A DNA stretch of 54,545 nucleotides from Eubacteriales bacterium (lineage in GTDB: Bacteria > Bacillota > Clostridia > Oscillospirales > CAG-272): positions 1-54,545 of the forward strand of contig JAZQTA010000088.1 in NCBI GenBank assembly GCA_045630385.1. Direction: 5' to 3'. Both the position numbers and the translations under genes were made by a program. Position 1 is the stretch's first letter, and each line of letters begins with the position of its first letter. Shown here one piece after another: positions 37,689 through 45,321 of the stretch. Below the pieces are notes generated by a model. The model was not told the origin of the DNA. It saw only the letters and a program-made list of their open reading frames with translations, and did not search any database.

Positions 37689-38735
37689 ATGAGAATCGAA
37701 GACATTGATAAGAACTTTAAGCTTCAGGGACTGCCCGAGGGCGTGGAGCTTTCCTATTTTGACGTAAAGGAAGCCCCCATGAAGGTCTGGGGACTGATGT
37801 ATGAGGAGGACTCCTTCTGCCGCTTGCCTGATGCGGTTGCAAAGGCAACGAGCGCAGGGGTATACGGCCTGCATGAGCACTGTGCGGGCGGTCGCGTGAC
37901 CTTCGCCACCAATTCAAGATACGTTGCCATCGCCTGCCACGTGCGCTCTATCGGCAAGATGCCGCATTTCACCACGATTGGCAGCGCAGGCTTCGATCTT
38001 TACGAGGAAAACGATTTTGTTTGCAGCTTTTTCCCGCCCTATAATTATACCGAGGGCTACAGCGCAAGCTACAGCTTCGGCGGCGAGATGAAGGAAAGAA
38101 GGCTTCTGATCAATTTCCCGCTCTACACGGCGGTGGAAAGCCTCTTTATCGGAATCGAAAAGGGCGCAACACTCACGGCGTACGATCCTTACCGCGATAT
38201 TCCCCCGATCGTGTATTACGGCTCGTCCATCACGCAGGGCGGCTGTGCCTCCCGTCCCGGAAACGCCTATCAGGCAAAGATCTCGCGCGAGCTTGCGGTG
38301 GATCATATCAACCTCGGCTTTTCCGGCAGTGCCAAGGGCGAGACGGTGATGGCAGAATATATCGCATCGCTTCCCATGAGCGCCTTCGTGATGGATTACG
38401 ATCATAACGCGCTCTCCGCGCAGTATCTTGCCGACACGCACGGTCGCTTTTACGAGATCGTCCGCGAGAAGAATCCCACGCTTCCGATCGTATTCGTCAC
38501 CGCGCCGGACGTCAATTATCAGCAGGGAAGCTTTGTGGATCGCCGCGCTGTGATTATGAAAAACTTCGTGCGCTACTCGGCAGAGGATAAGAATCTCTAT
38601 TTCGTAGACGGCGCATCCTTCTATCAGAATACCGATGCGGATTTTTGCTCGGTGGACGGATGCCACCCCAACGATATGGGCTTCCATTACATGGCAGAGG
38701 GAATGCTTCCCACGCTGCGAAGCATTCTGAAATAA
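37689..38735 (+). CDS. SGNH/GDSL hydrolase with N-terminal accessory domain (paralog 2)
   Basis: AGFDLY, YYGSSITQG, DGCHPND. Same N-terminus (MRIEDIDKNF) as paralog 1. Confidence 0.88.
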   Translation: MRIEDIDKNFKLQGLPEGVELSYFDVKEAPMKVWGLMYEEDSFCRLPDAVAKATSAGVYGLHEHCAGGRVTFATNSRYVAIACHVRSIGKMPHFTTIGSAGFDLYEENDFVCSFFPPYNYTEGYSASYSFGGEMKERRLLINFPLYTAVESLFIGIEKGATLTAYDPYRDIPPIVYYGSSITQGGCASRPGNAYQAKISRELAVDHINLGFSGSAKGETVMAEYIASLPMSAFVMDYDHNALSAQYLADTHGRFYEIVREKNPTLPIVFVTAPDVNYQQGSFVDRRAVIMKNFVRYSAEDKNLYFVDGASFYQNTDADFCSVDGCHPNDMGFHYMAEGMLPTLRSILK

Positions 38736-38741
38736 AGAGCT

Positions 38742-39536
38742 ATGGGCAAAGAAAAAGAGTGCTTGAGGATCTCGTATTCCACGCTCCCGGATCTGCCGAT
38801 CCCGTGGAACACCGCAGAGCTTTACGAGGAGGCCGCAAGGCTCGGCTTTGACGGCATCAAGGGTGACGTCACGCCCACGAGGGATGGCAGGCTCATCATG
38901 TGCCACGATTCCTTTTTCTCCATGACCGAGGAGGGATATGCGCTTGAGCCGGGTGACGTTGGCGCATACAAAAAAAGAATATACCTTATGCGTGCCGAGG
39001 AGTGCAAGGCGCTCGAATATGCAAACGAGGCGGCAATGGCGCACCTCGGCTATCGCGCCAAGGTAGCGGAGCTTGAGGATCTGATCCGCATCTGCAAGAA
39101 ATACGGCAAGATCGCTTATATCACCGTGCGCGATCGGCGCATCGAGTCCTGTGTGGACGAGGTGTACCGCCTGCTCGAAAAATACGAAATGAAGGACCAA
39201 TGTATCATCAATTCCTTTAGCTTTGAAACGCTCAGCGCGATGCGAAAAAGGAATGCGAGCATCCGTCTATCTCTCGTTTTTGGGCCGCATAAGTGCTTAA
39301 CGAGGCTTCACGTGAACCGCGCGCTTGCGCTCGGCAATTGCGCCGTTTGCGTATTTTGGACGAGAGATGAGCTGATGGCAGGCGGCCTTCTGAAAAAATC
39401 CAAGGCGGCAATGGCTTATGCAAGTGAAAAGGGCGTGCCTCTGCATCTTGCGCATGCCTGGGACGAGGAAAGCTATCGCTTTGCGCTCGCGCAGGGCTTC
39501 TGCGGCTTTCAGTGCACCTGCACGGAAATTCTTTAA
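38742..39536 (+). CDS. Glycerophosphodiester phosphodiesterase-like protein (atypical active site)
   Basis: NT...A..LGFDGIKGDVTPTRDGRLIMCHD and INSF match GDPD, but HRG is absent and ExD reads KGD. Confidence 0.7.
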   Translation: MGKEKECLRISYSTLPDLPIPWNTAELYEEAARLGFDGIKGDVTPTRDGRLIMCHDSFFSMTEEGYALEPGDVGAYKKRIYLMRAEECKALEYANEAAMAHLGYRAKVAELEDLIRICKKYGKIAYITVRDRRIESCVDEVYRLLEKYEMKDQCIINSFSFETLSAMRKRNASIRLSLVFGPHKCLTRLHVNRALALGNCAVCVFWTRDELMAGGLLKKSKAAMAYASEKGVPLHLAHAWDEESYRFALAQGFCGFQCTCTEIL

Positions 39537-39551
39537 AACGCTTGTAAACAC

Positions 39552-39599
39552 AAAAAGCAATAGCGAGACAGTGCATAACTGCCTCGCTATTGCTTTTTT
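39552..39599. terminator. Bidirectional intrinsic terminator
   Basis: AAAAAGCAATAGCGAG...CTCGCTATTGCTTTTT between convergent genes. Confidence 0.85.
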
Positions 39600-39618
39600 A
39601 TAATATTTTTTATAGTAT

Positions 39619-39837
39619 TTAATAAACCTCGATCATCACGGGTGGTGGGCAATTTTCACAGAGGTGGCCGCTTACCAACGCTTTTTTGCAACGACTGCAG
39701 CGGTAGAGCGGCTTTATGATAAATTTCCCGTCATCCTCCGTCACCGTCAGCGGAACGCCCGCAGTCAATCCGTATTTTTCGCAGATCGATTTTGGAAAGG
39801 TGATCTGTCCGTGCCCATTGACCTTCACTTCAAACAT
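39619..39837 (-). CDS. AbrB/MazE/SpoVT family DNA-binding protein with C-terminal CxxC...CxxC
   Basis: VKVNGHGQITFPKSICEKYGL..G...FIIKP swapped-hairpin motif; CSRC and CENC; GAGGAG RBS. Confidence 0.85.
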   Translation of the reverse strand: MFEVKVNGHGQITFPKSICEKYGLTAGVPLTVTEDDGKFIIKPLYRCSRCKKALVSGHLCENCPPPVMIEVY

Positions 39838-39854
39838 AACCGTATCTCCTCATC

Positions 39855-39884
39855 AAAAAAGTGCGCAAGCCGAAACTCACGCAC
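39855..39884 (-). terminator. Intrinsic terminator or attenuator directly 5' of the abrB-like RBS
   Basis: Minus strand GTGCGTGAG-TTTCGG-CTTGCGCAC-TTTTTT. Confidence 0.8.
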
Positions 39885-40070
39885 CGAAAAACGCAAATCC
39901 CGATTGCTGCGAAACAAACCGAACAGAATTGACATTGCTATCATCATCTAAACCGGTGGAACCTGCGCTTTTACCAAATTCACATGGTTTAAATGATTGA
40001 CAGCTAAAAAAGGGTATAATACCCCCTTTGAAAAAAGTATGGCAATTTTATATATTCAGTTTGTTTCGCA
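39855..40070 (-). ncRNA. Candidate ~215-nt structured RNA (leader or sRNA), family not recognised
   Basis: Bounded by a consensus promoter and a terminator. Two nested 18-bp helices whose non-Watson-Crick pairs are G.U on the minus strand. Confidence 0.7.
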
Positions 40071-40075
40071 AAATT

Positions 40076-40104
40076 ATTATATCATGCTTTTAAGGATTTG
40101 TCAA
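40076..40104 (-). promoter_or_regulatory. Consensus sigma-A promoter of the structured RNA / abrB-like unit
   Basis: Minus strand TTGACA-N17-TATAAT with extended TG. Confidence 0.85.
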
Positions 40105-40134
40105 TCCGAAATCGGAATTGATAAAAAATTTAAA

Positions 40135-40662
40135 TCACAGCCCTGCCATCATTTCCTTTGCTCTTTTCAGGATCGGGAGCTCTCTTGCCGCGATCAGGCG
40201 GCCGAGTGCCGAGGCGGCGCAACGCTCGTATTCCGTGACGGCGTCCTCAAAGGAGAGCGTCAGCGGTCTTAAATGATAGCGGTTTTTCTCGTCGTCCGTC
40301 AGATCGTTTTCCCCGATGTCGATCAGGCGGCAAAGAAAGTAGTGATTGATATTATGGCGGCGGATGAGGTTATAGTAGTCGCTCACAACGCCGATCTTGC
40401 CTATGATCTCCACCTTCGCGCCAAGCTCCTCGTGCAGCTCTCGTTTTATGGCTTCGGTAAGGCTTTCGTCGCCTTCCTCCACGCCGCCGCCCGAGGTCTC
40501 GATGATCGTGACGTTGCCAAAACCGTCATCCCTTACCGCGCGAATAAAATGAAAAGCCCCCTCGTCATCGAAAAGGATCGCGCGCACGATCGGTCGGTCG
40601 TGATCAATATAGGTTTTAGGCCATTCGTTATCCTCAAGCTCTAAATAAAGTTCGTTTTCCAT
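40135..40662 (-). CDS. NUDIX hydrolase
   Basis: Nudix box GGGVEEGDESLTEAIKRELHEELG. Confidence 0.9.
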   Translation of the reverse strand: MENELYLELEDNEWPKTYIDHDRPIVRAILFDDEGAFHFIRAVRDDGFGNVTIIETSGGGVEEGDESLTEAIKRELHEELGAKVEIIGKIGVVSDYYNLIRRHNINHYFLCRLIDIGENDLTDDEKNRYHLRPLTLSFEDAVTEYERCAASALGRLIAARELPILKRAKEMMAGL

Positions 40663-40678
40663 TTGGTTGCCTCTTTTT

Positions 40679-42178
40679 TTAAGAGTGGTAGATCGGCTCG
40701 CTCGGTCCTTTGACGATCATGGGCGTGTAGCAACGGAAGCGGATCACGTACTTATGCCCGGGCTTGAAATACTTTTCGATCGCACCGCCGCGCGCCTCGG
40801 GCTCGTAGCCCTCCTCATCCGTCAGCGTAAAGGTCTTATAGCAGCTCTTCGGTAAGGTCAGCTCCTTGAAGTCGTGAACGCTCACCTCGCCTGCGGCGGA
40901 AACGATGTCGATGCGGAGGGTGGCAGGTCCCCAGGAGGTGTTGACCACCGTGAAGGTGCAGTCCTCGGGCGTGATATCTGCAAAGAACCAATCCTTCGCG
41001 CCGATGCTCTTGTCACCGCGCGCAAGGTCGGCGAGCAAAAGCTCTTTTCCGTTCATTCGCGGCGCGTGCGGAAGCGGCAAAACGATATTGCCTCTTGCGC
41101 CCGTGTAGCAGTCCTTGACGTTCATATCACGAAGCAGGAAAAGGTTTGGCTCTTTGGAACCGCTCTGGCGCGTGGAAAATACCGAGAAAACGTATTCGTC
41201 CTCGCAGGGAATGAGGATCGTTTCGGGATCGATCAGGCGATAGCAGTCGATGCAGCCGCCGTCAAACATATGGTGCGGCACCTGCAAAATGTCGGATTTG
41301 AGATACGTGCCGAAGCGCGTGGAAAGATGCGAGGCGGGAAGCATTGCATCTCCCGTCATGAGAATCGTCTGTCCCATATAGTGGATCTTGAAAACCACGG
41401 AAAGCGTGTTGATATTCGTCACGACGTTTTTCATCACGTCGTCGGGAGAGGAGAGCACCTCAAAGCGCGCGCTGCCGATCTCAAAGATCTCGCCCGTATG
41501 CACGCGATACACGGGAGCGCCGCTTTTTTCCACCGCCTCGAAGAAGCGCGCCATGTGCGGTCCTTCGGTTTCTGCTCCTGCCACCGTCCCGTTTTTTGTA
41601 TCCGCATCAAAGAAATTGTAAATAAATCTTTGCACCGTGTATTGGTTTTCAAACTTTTTCGAGAATGAAATATAGCAGCGGTAATGATCAATGTGCGGAT
41701 GCGTCATGATCCAAGCGGCAATGGTGATTTTTTCGGTCACGCATTGTTTTTTCAGAACGGCCATGAGCCTCTCGGCGTAATCGCGCGTTTCCCAGCCGCC
41801 GTCAAAAACGATAAATCTTCCGTCCTCCAGACGCAAAACGAAGGAAAGCCCGAAATCGAAGGTATCCACCATGGTGAGCTCGGGCGTGCATATTGCTTTG
41901 CCCGTGCGATCGGAAAGACCGTGCAAAAGAGCGCCCTCTTCGGTGACGATCTTGACCTCCCTCGCGTTGGGATAGCTTGCGAATATTTTCTTTTCGTCCC
42001 CTTTTTTATAAAAGATGAACGTGTTGTCACCGAGCGAATGCGTATCCGTGACCGCATAGCCCTCGGCCGAGATCTCGGCGGCCAGCGCCTTTGCTTCTTC
42101 GGCGCTTACGTCCTCATATCCCTTGACGAATGCGCCCTTTCCCTCGCAGCTGTCATATACAAGCTTCATGTCTTGCAC
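40679..42178 (-). CDS. Metallo-beta-lactamase-fold hydrolase (ComEC/Pce-like) with an extra C-terminal beta domain
   Basis: FDGG, THPHIDHY, MTGDA, LQVPHH. GTG start. Confidence 0.8.
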   Translation of the reverse strand: MQDMKLVYDSCEGKGAFVKGYEDVSAEEAKALAAEISAEGYAVTDTHSLGDNTFIFYKKGDEKKIFASYPNAREVKIVTEEGALLHGLSDRTGKAICTPELTMVDTFDFGLSFVLRLEDGRFIVFDGGWETRDYAERLMAVLKKQCVTEKITIAAWIMTHPHIDHYRCYISFSKKFENQYTVQRFIYNFFDADTKNGTVAGAETEGPHMARFFEAVEKSGAPVYRVHTGEIFEIGSARFEVLSSPDDVMKNVVTNINTLSVVFKIHYMGQTILMTGDAMLPASHLSTRFGTYLKSDILQVPHHMFDGGCIDCYRLIDPETILIPCEDEYVFSVFSTRQSGSKEPNLFLLRDMNVKDCYTGARGNIVLPLPHAPRMNGKELLLADLARGDKSIGAKDWFFADITPEDCTFTVVNTSWGPATLRIDIVSAAGEVSVHDFKELTLPKSCYKTFTLTDEEGYEPEARGGAIEKYFKPGHKYVIRFRCYTPMIVKGPSEPIYHS

Positions 42179-42201
42179 CTCGTTTCTTTTTTTGTATTCC
42201 T

Positions 42202-42230
42202 ATTGTAGCACACACGCACGCGCTTGTCAA
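42202..42230 (-). promoter_or_regulatory. Sigma-A promoter of the MBL-NUDIX unit
   Basis: Minus strand TTGACA-N17-TACAAT with extended TG. Confidence 0.75.
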
Positions 42231-42356
42231 ACCCTTTGAGGGAAAAAGATTTTTGAACGAAATCCTTTTTTAGAAAAAAATCCTTTATTTTTGAAAAATT
42301 GTGGAAAAAGTCTTTTTTCTGTGCTACAATAAAAGAAAAAACGAGAGGTGTCTTTT

Positions 42357-43496
42357 ATGAAAAAGCTTCGTATCGGCGTGGTGGGTCTTGGCCACCGCGG
42401 CCGCGGTATGTTCCGCCTGGCGTGCGATAAATTTGATTTCGCTGTTGCCGCCGCGGCGTGTGATAAATTTCCGCATAACTTTTATGAGCAGCAATGGAGA
42501 TGTGACGAGGCCATTGCAAAAACCTATCCCGATTGCGTATTTTACGAAAGCTATGACGAGATGCTTGAAAAGGCGGCGCTTGATGCCGTGATCGTGGAGA
42601 CCGGGGCAGACGTGCATGCCGATTTTTGCATCAAGGCGTTGGAAAAAAATATCAGCGTGCTGACGGATATTCCCGTGGTCGCAAATCTTTCCGAGGCAGA
42701 GCGCCTTTGGAAGGCGGCAGAGAAGTCGAAGGCTATGATCTCCGTGGGCGCAAATCCCAACGAGCAGAAGTTCACGGTGATGCTAAAGAAGTTCTATGAG
42801 AACGGTTATCTCGGCGAGCCCTACTGCATGGAGGCAGAGTATATCCATTGGTCGCTTCCGAACAGCGAGGAGAAGGTGAAGCTCAATGAGAACGGCGATT
42901 GGCGCAAGCTTCTTTGCCCCATTCGCTACTGCACGCATTCGCTCGGCCCGCTTCTCACGGTGCTGAAGGAGGATCTGCGCTACGTTTCCTGCATGGGCAC
43001 GGGCCAGCACGGTCCGGGAGAGGAATATACGCCCGGTGTGATCAAGGACGATATGTCCTGTGCGCAGTTTCAGACGGAGAGCGGCGTTGTCGTTCGCCTG
43101 ATGCGTAACGGCCGTTGCCGCGCGAAGATCGGTCATCATAACTACCGCGTATTCGGAACGGAGGGCTATATGGAGCGCATTGAGCGCTTTGAAAAGCCCG
43201 TGATCCGCTATAATTCCATGAAGGATAATCCCGAGCTGCAGGAGATCGGCGGCGAGTTTATGCCCCCCGCCTATGCGGGTAATCCCGATGCCGTCGGTCA
43301 TGGCGGTATGGACTATGCGATGATGGATAAATTCCTTCGCGCCCTGCGTGACGGAACGGCCGCGCCTATCTCTCTGCGAGAGGGCCTTGCCATGACCTTG
43401 CCGGGCATCTATGCCGAGGAGTCCTCGAAGCGCGGCGGCGCTTTGATGAAGATGTATTATCCTTGGGATAAGGAGTGGAAAACCACCTTTGATTGA
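42357..43496 (+). CDS. Gfo/Idh/MocA family oxidoreductase
   Basis: GVVGLGHRG, EAEYIH, YCTHSLGP, GHGGMDY. GAGG RBS. Confidence 0.88.
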   Translation: MKKLRIGVVGLGHRGRGMFRLACDKFDFAVAAAACDKFPHNFYEQQWRCDEAIAKTYPDCVFYESYDEMLEKAALDAVIVETGADVHADFCIKALEKNISVLTDIPVVANLSEAERLWKAAEKSKAMISVGANPNEQKFTVMLKKFYENGYLGEPYCMEAEYIHWSLPNSEEKVKLNENGDWRKLLCPIRYCTHSLGPLLTVLKEDLRYVSCMGTGQHGPGEEYTPGVIKDDMSCAQFQTESGVVVRLMRNGRCRAKIGHHNYRVFGTEGYMERIERFEKPVIRYNSMKDNPELQEIGGEFMPPAYAGNPDAVGHGGMDYAMMDKFLRALRDGTAAPISLREGLAMTLPGIYAEESSKRGGALMKMYYPWDKEWKTTFD

Positions 43497-43541
43497 CGAG
43501 CGGAGATGGCGCGATTTTGCCATGGTTTCGCATGCTCTCCC

Positions 43542-43595
43542 AAAATAAGGAGCGGAGATACCGAGAAAATCAGTATCTCCGCTTTGCTTTATTTT
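43542..43595. terminator. Bidirectional intrinsic terminator
   Basis: AGCGGAGATAC / GTATCTCCGCT stem with A/T flanks between convergent genes. Confidence 0.7.
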
Positions 43596-44448
43596 ACAGG
43601 GAAAAATTCTTTCTTGCGTATTCGGCCGCCTTTTTGATATCGGCGGAGGGGGCTGCGCCCGTTTCGCGCTCGATCGTGAGAAAGCCGTCGTAGCCGATCT
43701 CCTTCAGCGCGGCGATATAGGCGGTGAAGTCCACGTCGCCCTCGCCCACGGGAGTTTCAATGAAGTAATCCGCTACGTTCAGCGCCTCGATGCCGCCGTC
43801 CGCGAAGTGGTTATAGATCTCCAAGGGATCGGATTTCTTGAGCATTTTTCCGTCCTTTAAGTGCGTGTGAACGATCTTCTTACCGATCAGGCGCACCGCC
43901 TCTGCGGGATCCTGTCCCGTCACCATCACGAAGTTCGCGGGATCGAGGTTAACGCCCACGCCCTCGCCCGCCGCGAGGACGAAGCCGTAAAGCACGGGTG
44001 CGGTCTCGGGACCCGTTTCGATCGCAAGCGTCACGCCCTTGGCGGCGGCGTAAGCACCGCATTCCTTCAGCGCCGCAAGCATCGTTTGGTATTTTTCGGA
44101 GCTTGCGTCCTCGGGAATCACGCCGATATGCGTGGTAACCACCCTTGTGCCGAAGGCAACGGCGAGATCCACGATGCGCTTCGTTTTTTCGATCCTCTCG
44201 GGATTTTCGTTCTTTCTTTCAAAGCCGTGGCCGCCGAGATCGCCGCAAAGGGCGCTGACGGTAAGGCCGTGCTTTTTGAGAAGTGCTTTATATTCGTTGA
44301 GCTTTTCCTCGTTTCCGAGAAGCGCGTCGGGGCAGATGTCACCGCCCACGGCGTACATCTGGATGCCGTCAAGGCCGAGTGCGCCCGCCAATGCGATGCT
44401 TTCCGCCATCGGGCGCTTGAAGCAATCGCTGATAACACCAAGCTTCAT
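43594..44448 (-). CDS. Sugar phosphate isomerase/epimerase (xylose-isomerase-like TIM barrel)
   Basis: LAIETGPE, NLDPAN, HTHLKD, GEGDVDF, LTIERE metal-binding motifs. Confidence 0.88.
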   Translation of the reverse strand: MKLGVISDCFKRPMAESIALAGALGLDGIQMYAVGGDICPDALLGNEEKLNEYKALLKKHGLTVSALCGDLGGHGFERKNENPERIEKTKRIVDLAVAFGTRVVTTHIGVIPEDASSEKYQTMLAALKECGAYAAAKGVTLAIETGPETAPVLYGFVLAAGEGVGVNLDPANFVMVTGQDPAEAVRLIGKKIVHTHLKDGKMLKKSDPLEIYNHFADGGIEALNVADYFIETPVGEGDVDFTAYIAALKEIGYDGFLTIERETGAAPSADIKKAAEYARKNFSL

Positions 44449-44466
44449 GTTCCTTTTTCCTTTCTC

Positions 44467-45321
44467 TTACGCAAGATCGGCAAGCAGGATCGTCTTGCCG
44501 GGATTTTCGGCCGCCAGCAATGCGCCCTCGCGCACCTTCATAGCCTCCAGCGTTTCCTCCTTCGGGAAGGGGAGTGCTTCGCTTTCAAAGAAGCGGAGAA
44601 TGTCCTCGATCAGAGCGGGGAAAAATTCGGAGGCGATCGGTCTGTATGCCTCGATTGCATCTCCCTTTGCGTAGATCGTGAAGGGAAGCGCGGGCGCATA
44701 GGTCATGGATGCCGCGCGGCCGTCCGCATAGGAAACGAACACGTGCGTCTGCGAGCCGATCTTTTCAGCGCGTGTGCTCACAGCACCCGTGCCGAGGGTT
44801 TTCACGAGCATTTCGATCATGTGGATCGAGTATTCGGGGAAGTTCGAGCCGCCGCCCGTCAAAAATACGTCCTTCGCGCCCGAAAGTCCTTCAAGCTCTG
44901 CCGCATAGCGAAGCGCGGAGGAGGAGAAGAAGGGCGTGTCGTATTTTTCGCCGATTGCATAGATCTCTCTTGCGGTTTTGTAATCGGGAGCAAAGGTTTT
45001 GTCAATATAAGTTGGCTTTTTGTGCTTTAAAACCGCTTCTGCAAGGTGGAGATGCACCTCGGGGTTGGAGGGCGCAAGAATGATGATCACGTCGCTTTTT
45101 TCGCAAAGCTCATCGATCGTTTTGCATTGCTCCGCAGAGAAGTCACGGCACCACTGCGCGGTGTTTCTTCCGTCAAAGGGAGAATCGTCCTGCTCCGCGT
45201 ATGCATAAGCAACGTCATAGGAAAGAGAAAGCTTCTTTGCCGCGTCCTTGATCCATGCGGGATAATTGTTTGCGTGCCATTCGCTGATATAGAGGTCAAC
45301 GAAGCCGATCTTCTTTTTCAT
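44467..45321 (-). CDS. Gfo/Idh/MocA-like NAD(P)-binding oxidoreductase (short, divergent)
   Basis: IGFVD...WHA, YIDKTFA, FSSSALRY, YSIHMIE. Coupled to the upstream gene (TAATG). Confidence 0.7.
   Translation of the reverse strand: MKKKIGFVDLYISEWHANNYPAWIKDAAKKLSLSYDVAYAYAEQDDSPFDGRNTAQWCRDFSAEQCKTIDELCEKSDVIIILAPSNPEVHLHLAEAVLKHKKPTYIDKTFAPDYKTAREIYAIGEKYDTPFFSSSALRYAAELEGLSGAKDVFLTGGGSNFPEYSIHMIEMLVKTLGTGAVSTRAEKIGSQTHVFVSYADGRAASMTYAPALPFTIYAKGDAIEAYRPIASEFFPALIEDILRFFESEALPFPKEETLEAMKVREGALLAAENPGKTILLADLA

Noticed and set aside
39825-39947. 40-codon minus-strand ORF (MMIAMSILF...) as a leader peptide
   Set aside because: It has no Shine-Dalgarno, its start is buried in a helix, it crosses the terminator and it has no regulatory codon run. 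Ribosome profiling would be needed to exclude it fully.
39997-40020. Plus-strand TTGACA...TATAAT
   Set aside because: The spacer is only 12 nt, which is incompatible with sigma-A. Both hexamers are explained by stems of the minus-strand RNA.
39855-40070. Identification of the RNA as 6S RNA, a c-di-GMP riboswitch or a T-box
   Set aside because: The size and closing stem are 6S-like, but there is no large two-sided central bubble and I do not see the usual Bacillota 6S motifs. The GEMM and T-box consensus sequences are not present. An Rfam search is still required.
42201-42331. 12-bp inverted repeat TATTGTAGCACA / TGTGCTACAATA as element ends
   Set aside because: Both copies coincide with the extended -10 boxes (TGnTACAAT) of the two divergent promoters.
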